IMG/VR virus record: IMGVR_UViG_3300038312_000128
Location: 1 to 38,567 of that record
DNA length: 38,567 nucleotides
Origin: a virus
Taxonomy: Duplodnaviria; Caudoviricetes
Reading direction: 5' to 3' (one strand)
The translations under genes and the position numbers were made by a program. Position 1 is the first letter of the stretch. Each line of letters opens with the position of its first letter. Shown here piece after piece: positions 8,315 to 17,600 of this stretch. The notes under the pieces are model-generated. The model was not told where the DNA came from and ran no database searches. It saw only the letters and a list, made by a program, of their open reading frames with translations.

Positions 8315-9448
8315 ATGAGCATTGAATACAGAAGAGAAGGCAGATATCGATTCCGAATACTTAAAGACGGAATCTATTATTCACAAAATTACTATAGCGA
8401 TAAGAAAGTATCAGACAAAGACATCGAAGAGAAAAAATATCCCAAGGAAGTTACTGACGCACACAAAAAATTTGAAGTAGATATAATGAGAGGCGAAATA
8501 GGCACTAATGAAAACATGCTCTTCAAGGACCTTGTTCAATTATTTATGGATGAATACATGGTAAACTTAAGAGCAAGTACCCAATTAGCTTATGAGTCGA
8601 TTGCAAACAATCATCTAATTAAAGATTTTGGCAATATGCCGCTATCTAAAATAAAGACTTTACATATACAAAAATCATTAAATGAGAAACTTGAAAAATA
8701 TACTCCATCAACCGTAAGCGCTATTTACAAAGAAATCAATAAAACATTTAATAAAGCTGTAGAATGGGGACTATTGACCGAAAGCCCCTGTAAAAACATA
8801 AAAATTCCAAAGCCTAAAAGAAAAAATTATGAAGAGCTGCTATCCAATGATGATATTAAGAAATTAATGAGAGCTATCGAAATACAGCCAATAATGTATA
8901 AAACAATATTTTCTATATCTATCTATACAGGAATCAGGCAAGGTGAAATTTTAGGATTGCACATATCAGATATTAATTTTGATGAAAAGTATATAAATAT
9001 TGACAAGCAAAATGCAAGGGTATTTGATGAAAATAGAAAAGTTGTTAGAGCAATAGCTGATACTAAAACCGATAACTCTGTTCGCAAAGTATTTGTACCG
9101 GACTTTCTTTTAGACATAATCAAAGCATACATAAATTCTATGAGGATAATTCCTAAAGAGGGAGCCTTATTTTATAATCCTTTTAAGAAAAAAATATATA
9201 GCAGAGAGGCTGTTGCGAAAAGATTTAAACTGATGCTGCTTGAAAATGATATTCCATACATTAGATTTCATGACTCAAGACATTTGTATGCAACCATAGC
9301 TCTTAACAGTGGAGCTAATATTGTATCTGTAGCCAGGAGCATGGGCGATACCGTTGAAACAGTATTGAAAAATTATACTCATGGTATTGAAGATTTACAC
9401 AAAAAAGCAACATATGATTTTGAAGATTACATCAAAAAAATTCAATGA
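8315..9448 (+). CDS. int: Tyrosine integrase
   Basis: TGIRQGE (Arg), K-T..S.R, RFHDSRH (HxxR) and catalytic Tyr in VLKNYTH. Confidence 0.95.
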   Translation: MSIEYRREGRYRFRILKDGIYYSQNYYSDKKVSDKDIEEKKYPKEVTDAHKKFEVDIMRGEIGTNENMLFKDLVQLFMDEYMVNLRASTQLAYESIANNHLIKDFGNMPLSKIKTLHIQKSLNEKLEKYTPSTVSAIYKEINKTFNKAVEWGLLTESPCKNIKIPKPKRKNYEELLSNDDIKKLMRAIEIQPIMYKTIFSISIYTGIRQGEILGLHISDINFDEKYINIDKQNARVFDENRKVVRAIADTKTDNSVRKVFVPDFLLDIIKAYINSMRIIPKEGALFYNPFKKKIYSREAVAKRFKLMLLENDIPYIRFHDSRHLYATIALNSGANIVSVARSMGDTVETVLKNYTHGIEDLHKKATYDFEDYIKKIQ

Positions 9449-9680
9449 TTTGCCCCACATTTGCCCGACAGCATTTTTACAGAGGCTTAAACCATTGAAT
9501 TATCAATAAAATCACTTACCAATTCCATTTTCGCGGGCAAAATGTTTTAGTAAAATTCATAAAATATATAAAAATTATAAACGGTTATAGCAACTAAATC
9601 AACTATAACCGTTTTATGTTTAATCTATTATTTTATTATTATTTGCCCCCTATTTGCCCGGCTATTGCCCCGGGGCAAAT
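9448..9680. repeat. attP-like region with arm-type repeats
   Basis: Seven copies related to ATTTGCCC(C/G): direct at 9448, 9459, 9641, 9652, 9663; inverted at 9534 and 9672. Confidence 0.7.
9579..9614. terminator. 12-bp perfect inverted repeat between convergent int and lysin
   Basis: AAACGGTTATAG-N12-CTATAACCGTTT; a terminator or a protein-binding site. Confidence 0.45.
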
Positions 9681-9724
9681 TTTTTCGACACCGTCATCAG
9701 TGCCACAGATAAAGGATCACCTCC

Positions 9725-10333
9725 TTATTTTTTTGTCGCCAACTTTTCAAATAATGCGTCCGGATATGGATGCTTGGACAAATACGTCATAGTATTATTA
9801 TCTAATCCGAATCTTTTTTGTACCTGTTCTTTGTAATTTGTTGACATTTCCTTTTCTATATCAGCAATAAACTTGTCCCAATGAGGCAATATTAACCTTG
9901 GACAATATTTACCCGACCATTTCTGATGAGGTACTACTTTATCGATATTAAGTCCTGTAGCCTTGAGTAGCAGCGCAACAAATTTTATCGCAGTTTCTTC
10001 GGCTCCTGGAACTTCGGCAATTTCTATGCCTATAGATTTTCTGTTCCCTGCTCCGTTAGCTCCGTCACCTGCATGCCACGCTGATTCGTTGATAGGCAAT
10101 TCCTGATACACTTCGTCTTTTCCTATAGTAAAATGCCAACTAACATAATTGTTTACATTATCAACATATTTACTATTAGCCAATGCAGACGCTCCGGGAT
10201 TCCCTGTATTATGTATTGTTACGTACTCTGCTTTCATTGGGTACCTCGGACGCGCTAATTTATTTGATATAGGAATTAGATGTTGTATGATTTTTAAGTA
10301 ATTTGATGTTGCGATACCATTATTTATTTTCAT
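9725..10333 (-). CDS. Endolysin, N-acetylmuramoyl-L-alanine amidase (Amidase_2)
   Basis: TIHNT, SWHFTI, AWHAGDG, SIGIEI, PHQKWSGKYCP motifs; ATG at 10333 has GGTGA RBS. Confidence 0.93.
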   Translation of the reverse strand: MKINNGIATSNYLKIIQHLIPISNKLARPRYPMKAEYVTIHNTGNPGASALANSKYVDNVNNYVSWHFTIGKDEVYQELPINESAWHAGDGANGAGNRKSIGIEIAEVPGAEETAIKFVALLLKATGLNIDKVVPHQKWSGKYCPRLILPHWDKFIADIEKEMSTNYKEQVQKRFGLDNNTMTYLSKHPYPDALFEKLATKK

Positions 10334-10544
10334 TAGTATCACCATTTATCCTTGCAGCATCAACCATCCCTTCACCGATGATGTAGGCTACAAGTGTCGC
10401 TGAAGCTGATATAATTGCTACAACTTGCTCGATTGTTAAATCAGGCACCTTAAATGCCACCAATATAGCTGTTACAAATCCTGTAATAGCAGCCCAAAAC
10501 TTTCTACTTGTCAATTTTTGTTTCCAGTTGATTTTCATAATCAT
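10320..10544 (-). CDS. Holin
   Basis: NWKQKLTSRKFW plus two TM helices; directly upstream of endolysin. Confidence 0.8.
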   Translation of the reverse strand: MIMKINWKQKLTSRKFWAAITGFVTAILVAFKVPDLTIEQVVAIISASATLVAYIIGEGMVDAARINGDTNENK

Positions 10545-10794
10545 TACTCCTTTCGATTTTTCTGATATTTTCTTCTCTTGCTTTATTGTAATAAAAGCCT
10601 GTCGCTGTCGCTAATTCCGCAAATACAGCCGGGATTAGATAAGTTAATGCCGATGTATCTTTAGTTATATAACTCATGTACATAACAAACACCGTAACTA
10701 TTACAGTTCCTATAGACACACCTATAAATATTTTCTTTGAAAACTCCGCCTTGTATTTAATTTTTGAAATAGGCATCTTACTCACTTGAATCAC
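10504..10794 (-). CDS. Second holin-like membrane protein
   Basis: EFSKKI, TM segments, GFYYNKAREEN; lysis cassette position. Confidence 0.6.
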   Translation of the reverse strand: MIQVSKMPISKIKYKAEFSKKIFIGVSIGTVIVTVFVMYMSYITKDTSALTYLIPAVFAELATATGFYYNKAREENIRKIERSNDYENQLETKIDK

Positions 10795-11068
10795 CCTTTT
10801 CTATTCTATCAATACGTTTGTGTGCTTGTTTAGAGCTTTCCTCAACTCTCGTTACTCTTTCCGACAAAGCGTTTATGCTTTTATTGGTATCTTTTTGCTC
10901 CAAAAGAACATCATCAGTTCGCCGTTTGATGTATTCAATGTCTGTTTTTAGTTGCGCATCATTACTGCCATCATGATAGCTATCTTTTTTAACACCCTTT
11001 TGATAACCCAAATATCCGAAAACAATAGCACATAAAGTCCCTACCGTCCCCAAAAGTTTATAGTCCAT
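10778..11068 (-). CDS. TM plus coiled-coil protein (XhlA-like lysis accessory)
   Basis: N-terminal TM; ERVTRVEESSKQAHKRID coiled coil. Confidence 0.6.
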   Translation of the reverse strand: MDYKLLGTVGTLCAIVFGYLGYQKGVKKDSYHDGSNDAQLKTDIEYIKRRTDDVLLEQKDTNKSINALSERVTRVEESSKQAHKRIDRIEKGDSSE

Positions 11069-11090
11069 ACATCACCTCAATTTTTTTAAT

Positions 11091-11118
11091 AAAAAAGGAC
11101 TATATTGCTATAGCCCCT
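11091..11118 (-). terminator. Rho-independent terminator before lysis cassette
   Basis: Minus strand AGGGGCTATA-GCAA-TATAGTCCT-TTTTT. Confidence 0.65.
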
Positions 11119-11252
11119 AATAACTCATTTATCATATTTTCCTGCTCTGCGCATTGATTGAGCAAATCCTTAATCGTGTTAGCTTGCTGATTAATAATAC
11201 TTCTTTGACCTTCAATAAGCTCTATGAGCTCTTGATATGTTTTAGTGTCCAT
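11100..11252 (-). CDS. Small coiled-coil protein (50 aa), not in ORF track
   Basis: MDTKTYQELIELIEGQRSIINQQANTIKDLL...; TAATG coupling with upstream gene. Confidence 0.6.
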   Translation of the reverse strand: MDTKTYQELIELIEGQRSIINQQANTIKDLLNQCAEQENMINELLGAIAI

Positions 11253-11392
11253 TATTCCCTTGAAGGATATACAAATCCTGTAATTTGACGATATTCATTC
11301 TCTGTTAATCCGTTTGGTTTACCGACAACATTCCAAACCCTCTGCAAGCTCCAAAGTTTATTGTCATAATAATACTTGATTTTATCAAACAT
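11252..11392 (-). CDS. XkdX-like small protein (46 aa), not in ORF track
   Basis: MFDKIKYYYDNKLWS....V......LTENEYRQITG pattern; usual position after fibre genes. Confidence 0.75.
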   Translation of the reverse strand: MFDKIKYYYDNKLWSLQRVWNVVGKPNGLTENEYRQITGFVYPSRE

Positions 11393-11595
11393 TATAAATC
11401 AACACCCCCCATGATTGCCAAATAGTCAATATCAGCTCTGTTTTGCTCTGCCCTGTCAGTAAGCTGCAGCTGTCTAATTTCTTCGCCGCCTTCACTAACA
11501 TCCGCAGGCGGCAGCTCCCCAACGGTAGATTTTAATTTTGTTAATTCAGCTTTTGCATTTTGCAACTGTTCCATTTGATTTACATGCTTAAACAT
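11392..11595 (-). CDS. Tail-fibre-associated small protein
   Basis: C-terminal ADIDYLAIMGGVDL, typical of genes preceding XkdX. Confidence 0.65.
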   Translation of the reverse strand: MFKHVNQMEQLQNAKAELTKLKSTVGELPPADVSEGGEEIRQLQLTDRAEQNRADIDYLAIMGGVDL

Positions 11596-11765
11596 TTGTA
11601 CTACCTTCCTTCCATAGATTTTTATAAAACTTGTCCATACTCAATATTAAATTATGCGTATTTCCTTGCTTTGCGTGCGCCTTCCAGGACATATAGCACT
11701 CATCGACATTTGCCTTTGTCATAACTCCATCACCAACAAGCTTTTTCATCTTCTTAAGTTTATTG
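11588..11765 (-). pseudogene. C-terminal remnant of DGR reverse transcriptase
   Basis: KLKKMKKLV...YMSWKAHAKQGNTHNLILSMDKFY resembles the SW-x-(G/A)H thumb tail of DGR RTs. It sits at the RT position after TR and spacer. No YxDD or RT core in any tracked ORF. Confidence 0.75.
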
Positions 11766-11915
11766 GTCGTTGTGTATAGTGATACTTGCTCATAAAGCAA
11801 ATCACATCAACGCTCTTTGCTTTGCCTTTTCAGGACGGGATAACAGTTCCTTGTTTGTGGTGCACAGATTTCGATTTCAAGATTTCTGAAACTTACTTTA
11901 TTACGGGCTTTACAC

Positions 11916-12039
11916 ACAATCGGGCGCCAAACCGTTAGCATTGTTCGCATTGTTGTTGTTGACATTGCCGTCAGTATTCACAGTACGCGGATAATACGAG
12001 TTACCAACGTTCGGCGAACGCAGCCACCAGTTACGAGCT
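11916..12039 (-). repeat. DGR template repeat (TR)
   Basis: 124-bp ungapped copy of 12540-12663; AAC/AAT-rich; non-coding, directly after avd; 13 of 16 mismatches at TR adenines. Confidence 0.93.
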
Positions 12040-12060
12040 TACAACCGTTACCCCATATAT

Positions 12061-12474
12061 TTATTTCAAATCTTTATACTTCTCTGAATCAGACTTGCGC
12101 CAATTTCGCAGCAGATTTTGTACATCAATTACAAGTCCTACCCAATGTTGAATTCTGTCATCATCAATACCAAAAGTAGAGTAGGCAATATCCATCATTG
12201 TTAAAAGCGCATACGATGCCGCCAATGCTTTATTTTGATACTGCCTTCTTGTATGAAAGTCTTTGGAATTTGAAACGAAAACGGAATTCGCCATATTTGT
12301 GAAATTGCAAATGTCGATTGTAAAGTCTACAATTTTGCCTGTCAGACACCATCTATACCTCTTTGGAAAATTCTTTTCGTTTGAGCATATGTGGATTGTG
12401 TATGACGACAATGCTATAGCTTTAGTTACAACCTCAAGTTTTGATTCAGTTCTTTTTGATTTTACTACACTCAA
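12061..12474 (-). CDS. avd: DGR accessory variability determinant (Avd-like four-helix bundle)
   Basis: MSVVKSKR..S, FPKRYR..L, AN, RRQYQ, W...D pattern; lies between target gene and TR. Confidence 0.88.
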   Translation of the reverse strand: MSVVKSKRTESKLEVVTKAIALSSYTIHICSNEKNFPKRYRWCLTGKIVDFTIDICNFTNMANSVFVSNSKDFHTRRQYQNKALAASYALLTMMDIAYSTFGIDDDRIQHWVGLVIDVQNLLRNWRKSDSEKYKDLK

Positions 12475-12495
12475 GATTAATTACCTCTCTTTTTT

Positions 12496-12522
12496 AGAAT
12501 CGCCCCTGTCAGGGCGGATTCT
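12496..12522 (-). promoter_or_regulatory. DGR target-recognition hairpin downstream of VR/IMH
   Basis: Minus strand AGAATC(C)GCCC-TGACAG-GGGCGATTCT, a GC-rich stem 5 nt after the target stop codon; absent after TR. Confidence 0.7.
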
Positions 12523-12527
12523 CGATT

Positions 12528-13385
12528 CTAAACGATGCAACAAGCGGGCGCCAAACCGTAAGCACTGTGCGCATAGCTGGAGCCGACATTGCCGTCAGTA
12601 TTCACAGCACGCAGAATACACGAGTTACCAATGTTCGGCGAACGCAGCCACCAGTTACGAGCTGCATTGCTTAATAATTTTATTCTACCTGCCAATGCAG
12701 AATCAGTAGCAGCTCCTGCCATAGCACTATAAAACGCATATGCTTTTTCACCTGTAACAGTGCCCTCATCAGTTCCATAAATTTCTTTTCTTGATAGCAA
12801 AAATACTTTGTCGCTGAATAAGTCTTGTCCGCCACCATCAATAGTAGCAACTGCAACTTGTTTATCAACCGCCCCTATAACTGCCACAAGTTCAGGGTCT
12901 AAAAGTTTTAAAAATCCTGGTCCTGTATATGGAGCTCCTGTAGGCGCAGCGTCATATTGATGTTTAGATACCCATGTAAATACTGCATCATTACTATTTA
13001 GCCATTGCTTTATAGCGCTGTGGATATATCTGTTATTACCATATTGCTGTCTGTTAGCGTCAGTATTTGTAGGCTCGGGAGCGTCGAATTGTACGTTTTG
13101 CAAACAATCTCTTGCTTGTATCGTTATACTAAAAGCTTTCGCTGCGTCGGTCGGAGTATCGTGATTTATGCCTATGATATCCCACACAACCGGAACACCG
13201 TTATAAGTGCTCATAAGCTGGTCGCCTACAGCAAAATACCTGTCTGCTTCCCCTCTTCTAACTACAGCTTGGACGTCGTCCCAGGAGCCCACAGTGCCTA
13301 TAACCCCCATTTTACCCGCTATTTCTCTCAAGACTGCAATTTTCTCTTGCTCCTGCTCGTAGCTTGGTTGATTAAAAATATTCAT
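12528..13385 (-). CDS. DGR target protein, DUF6273-like C-type-lectin-fold putative receptor-binding protein
   Basis: WDIIGINHD, NNRY..S.IKQWLNS, DKVFLLS..E, WWLRSP motifs; VR at the C-terminus; next to the fibre gene. Confidence 0.85.
   Translation of the reverse strand: MNIFNQPSYEQEQEKIAVLREIAGKMGVIGTVGSWDDVQAVVRRGEADRYFAVGDQLMSTYNGVPVVWDIIGINHDTPTDAAKAFSITIQARDCLQNVQFDAPEPTNTDANRQQYGNNRYIHSAIKQWLNSNDAVFTWVSKHQYDAAPTGAPYTGPGFLKLLDPELVAVIGAVDKQVAVATIDGGGQDLFSDKVFLLSRKEIYGTDEGTVTGEKAYAFYSAMAGAATDSALAGRIKLLSNAARNWWLRSPNIGNSCILRAVNTDGNVGSSYAHSAYGLAPACCIV
12540..12663 (-). repeat. DGR variable repeat (VR)
   Basis: Encodes ARNWWLRSPNIGNSCILRAVNTDGNVGSSYAHSAYGLAPAC; TR equivalent reads ARNWWLRSPNVGNSYYPRTVNTDGNVNNNNANNANGLAP. 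Confidence 0.93.
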
Positions 13386-14626
13386 TAAATTACCTCCTCT
13401 GATATGATTTGCGGTATGCCATCTACCGACACCCTGTAACCATATTTATATTTTTTCCCTGTTTTTAAATTTAAAAAAACATGCGGCATTGCATTTTCAT
13501 ATTCTAATTCCTCTAACCTTTCACGCAAGTCAGCAAATGTCTTGTTTTTTGCAGTAGATATCCTTGCGTCAGCAACCTCTGTATTAGCGTAATATTCAGG
13601 TGATTGACCTCCTAATTTATCCGCATCGTCAGCTTTATTTACTTTACCGTCATTATCAGTGTCATACACTGCTTTGCGCATATCTCCTGCACCTTGCCCG
13701 TCAGCACCATTATACACATGGAATGTTGTTGTTGCGCCGTTTGTAAAAGTAATTGTGTAAGTATCTGTTGTCCCTGCTGCTCCATTTCCACTTGTACGTA
13801 CTATCGAAGATATACCATTGCCTGTGTCCCCTTGAATACCCTGTTCGCCCTTTAAATCTACATACTGATACTGAGCTTCACCTTCAACTCTTACGCCCAA
13901 CTGAGTGCCATTCCAAGCAAATTCAAGCCCTTTGCCTGTGTTTCCCGTATCGCCTTTATCTCCTGTATCGCCTTTATCTCCTGTATCCCCTTTATCTCCT
14001 GTATCACCCTTTTTAGCAATTAATAACCATTTTGTCGTATCCGTAGGTAATATCCCGACACAATCAGATATGCAATAATAACTACTGCCTAAGTAAGATA
14101 CCTTATTACTCACCTTGTAACTCTTGCTAATGTTAAACGTTTCAAATACTTTTCTTGCCTCTTCATTTGCACTTATATTAGCTTCAGTAGTCAAAAGGAT
14201 GTCATAAATAATTTGCAAAGGCTCTTCTAAAGGCTGTTCGCCCAACTCTTCTTCGCTTATAATTCCGGATTTAACCTTCCCAACAAAATACTCACTTATT
14301 GCAATTAAGCCGTCATCATTTATTATGCCGTCAACAATTGCTAATTCCTTTATCAGTAAGCAAAACTCCCAGTTTCCCTTCGTATTGGTTATGTGATTTC
14401 TCACGATGTATGTAAGGCTTTTTGTTTCCAAGTTTAACACTAAAGGAACTGCAAACTGAGCAACATTCTTATCCGGTGATTTGCAGATTAAATAATAAAA
14501 ATAATTCTCATTAACAAATTCATCAACTAAATTAATTTTTATATCCGTGCTTTTATTGTCATATCGATTAGAAAGAAGGAAAGTGTCTTGCAACACTTCC
14601 TTATTCTTTAGCAATTGTACTATCAT
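13385..14626 (-). CDS. Tail fibre/baseplate-upper-like protein with collagen-like repeats
   Basis: (GDTGDK)n Gly-X-Y run, YQYVDLKGEQG, TDTYTITFTNG, GDM.KAVYD.D.DG.V motifs. Confidence 0.75.
   Translation of the reverse strand: MIVQLLKNKEVLQDTFLLSNRYDNKSTDIKINLVDEFVNENYFYYLICKSPDKNVAQFAVPLVLNLETKSLTYIVRNHITNTKGNWEFCLLIKELAIVDGIINDDGLIAISEYFVGKVKSGIISEEELGEQPLEEPLQIIYDILLTTEANISANEEARKVFETFNISKSYKVSNKVSYLGSSYYCISDCVGILPTDTTKWLLIAKKGDTGDKGDTGDKGDTGDKGDTGNTGKGLEFAWNGTQLGVRVEGEAQYQYVDLKGEQGIQGDTGNGISSIVRTSGNGAAGTTDTYTITFTNGATTTFHVYNGADGQGAGDMRKAVYDTDNDGKVNKADDADKLGGQSPEYYANTEVADARISTAKNKTFADLRERLEELEYENAMPHVFLNLKTGKKYKYGYRVSVDGIPQIISEEVI
13944..14012. repeat. 18-bp tandem repeat (about 4 copies) encoding GDTGDK
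   Basis: CCTGTATC(G/C/A)CCTTTATCT units. Confidence 0.85.
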
Positions 14627-14641
14627 ATAGTCACCTCGCTT

Positions 14642-17600
14642 TTATTTTTTAAACATAAATTCATATATATCATTGACAACTCCTTCATCGTCAATCCATT
14701 TTGTGTAATTTTTCAAAAGTGCTTGCAAGTCCTTAGATACATTTATAGCACCAATACCAAACACATAAGCAATCGACTCAATCCAATCCTTTGTTATTAG
14801 CCTTAGAGGATAGCTATGTTTTTCATCTTCTGCCATTTCCTCAATGTACTTCTTGCTTCTGTTGATAGCTCTTACAATTCTCTCAATACCGTTATATTCC
14901 ATTCGCTTAACACTATAGCCCTCAAATAGACTATATATATCCCTGACAATCGGTATATATCCGGTTATATCGTTTAGAATGTTATCAAGCCACTTATCCT
15001 TGAAAGTTTCTTCATCATCTTCTTTTTTGCGCCACATATCAAATATGGATATAACAAGCGTATTGACTAACATTGTTGCTGTCCAGGCAGAAAATGTTCT
15101 TGTTAAAGCCTTCTTGTTTTCTGCGCTTTTATTGGAATTATATTTCTCAACGGCATTAAGTAGTAAATTATAGCTCTTTGTAGGCTCCGACATAAACGCC
15201 GTCAACATCTTCCAACTGCTGTCACTTTGCCTCATTGCATCCGACCTGTGCATTACAGTATCAACAACTTGTGTCTTATCAATAATTTCATTAAATCTAT
15301 AATTGACAGCTTCGAAATACTCAGCACTTCCAACTTTAAGACCAGGCTCATTGTTCTCTATTTCAAGTTTTACGGCATTCCATATCTTTGTCCAGGTTAT
15401 ATCATCCGCAATCTGCATACCTTCATATTGTTTATCCAGTATCGGCACTGTATCAAGTATAATATCTTTCATACTGCGGCCTGTGTCAAGATTGAAATAA
15501 CCCCAACTCTTCCACCTTGCAATCGGAGACTTTTCAAGCATTTCTGCCTTGTTGCTCTTCATGGCAACACCTTTAATCAAATAGTCAACGTCAATTAATG
15601 CAGAAGCTCTTACTATAGCCGTTGGCTGTTGTATGATGGTTCTTAAATTAAGTCCAAGTACAGCTCTCTTAGAATTTCTTATCAAACTGCTCACTACAGG
15701 AGAACCGCCTTCTGTCCTTATGCCACCTTGTAAGTCAACCATAAACTTTTTCAAGTAGTTAAATGCCTGGATGCCGAATTTCTTATTCATAGCCTGCTTA
15801 ATACTGTTGTCCTGAGTTTTGTAATTGACTATCTTCTTAGTGCTTTCAGTAATTCCGATAAAAGCGTTGTATGTTGCGGCCTTGTCAGTATGCTCAGTGA
15901 ATACATCAAACACATCCTCAAGCACGATAGCATTTCCGGCACCCTTGACCGTAGCCTTTAAAAATCCCATGCTTGTAAATGTCGGGTCTAAGTTAGTGTT
16001 GTCAAAATCAGATTTAAGAAAGTCCCTATCGACTTTAATCGGGAAGTAATTCTCTTCCTTAGCAAGCTCATATCCATAATTCTGCAATGTAGCTTCGTTG
16101 ACCCATTGCTTAGAGTAGGTATTCATAAACTTACCTATACCGTCTGCAATACGCCTTTGCTCTTTGGTTAGCATTGCTATCATCTTTGTTGCATCATCCA
16201 GAGTTATCTTTACAGGTTCAAACTGCTTTTTAACATACTTTATGCCTTTGTCGTTGACCGCCACAATTGGAGCCGCCTTTACACCAAGTCCAAATATATG
16301 TCCTCTTGCCTGCTCACGCTTCATCAATAGGTAGAAGCTCATTAATTGCGACTGAGTAAGCTCAATTGTAGCTCCGCTATCAAGTTTAATAGATTTAATT
16401 TCAGCCCTTCTTCCTGTCCATTCACTTATTTGTGAGTTTTTGCTTTTGTCTACAACTTGCCAAAAGTAATCGCTCCATGATTGAAGCTCCTTTTGACCGA
16501 CATTCTTTAACAAGTTCTTCATATAGTCCTGTGCAATCTTAGTATTATTTATTTTAACATCAAGTGCAACTCTAAAATCATCATACAAGCTGTTAAAAGT
16601 ATTTCCCATACGCTCAAAATACATCTGAGGAGTAAGCATGCCCCAATTCATCATGTCTTTAAAGTACAAGATACCACCATAAGCACTGTCATTTATCGGA
16701 GCATTGGTTTTCAAATCATTCAATATGTTCTCTGATAGTGTACTAATTTCAACCCATTTACCATTCCTGAAAGCCTTATTGTAGGTTCTAACCATATTCT
16801 CAAAATACCCGACAATATCCCTTAATACCTCAATCTCCTGCAAGTTCATATCAGCTATTCTCTTACCGTGAAGCGTTTCAAGCGCCTCAACAATGTAAGG
16901 GTCTGCCGCAGCGCTCAATCCATCCTCATCGCTCACCTTTGCAATCTTCTCAAATTCCGCTCGTAAATCTCTAAGCTTCAATTGAGTATTTTCATTTTGT
17001 TTGTCTGTAGTAAAATCAAGCATTGCCAAAAGTTCTGCCGTTGTTTTATCCAAGGCTTTAGGTATGTGTTGTTTTTGAGTAGGATTTCTAAGCATCTTAC
17101 TTAATTTTTTAGTCATGTTTCTTATTCTGTCTTTAGCCTGCCTAATTTTCCTATCCTCATATATGCCGGATACTCTTTCCTTGTATTTAGCCTTTTGTTG
17201 CTCAAGCTTTTCATCCCTGTTAGCTCTAAGTTCCTTAATCATTTCTTGATAATGAGATTTAATGTCATTCTCATTTATCTTATTTCTCCACCAAGTTTTG
17301 TAAGCACTATCTTGATATTGCTTTCTTACTTTAGCAACCGCCTCATCACGCTTAGCTTTTTCCTTATTCAGCACCTCTGTGAGCTTTTCCTTATTCTGAT
17401 ACTTCAGCCAGGCAACGTCATCCGCATTTTTATTCCTAAGAGCTTTAATCCTTTCTTTAGACTTCTGTCTTTCGCTCTCTACAGCCTTTTGTTTTTCAAC
17501 TTTCTTTCTATCTGCAAACGTAGGCTTAGCCTCCTGCACGGATGTCATGCCGTCAAATATCTCAAATGCTAAGTATTCAACTGCTTGATTCAAATCTCTG

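Noticed and set aside
9448-9680. TTTGCCC repeats as a CRISPR array or a tRNA-derived att core
   Set aside because: Repeats are 9 bp with irregular spacing and mixed orientation; no tRNA-like sequence recognised.
11766-11800. Tracked start of the 70-aa ORF 11588-11800 as a real gene start
   Set aside because: The first codons lie in the presumed TR spacer with no clear RBS; more likely a chance in-frame fusion to the RT remnant.
11916-12663. TR/VR pair as a simple duplication or CRISPR-like repeat
   Set aside because: Only two copies, no spacers, adenine-biased mismatches and adjacent avd identify it as a DGR.
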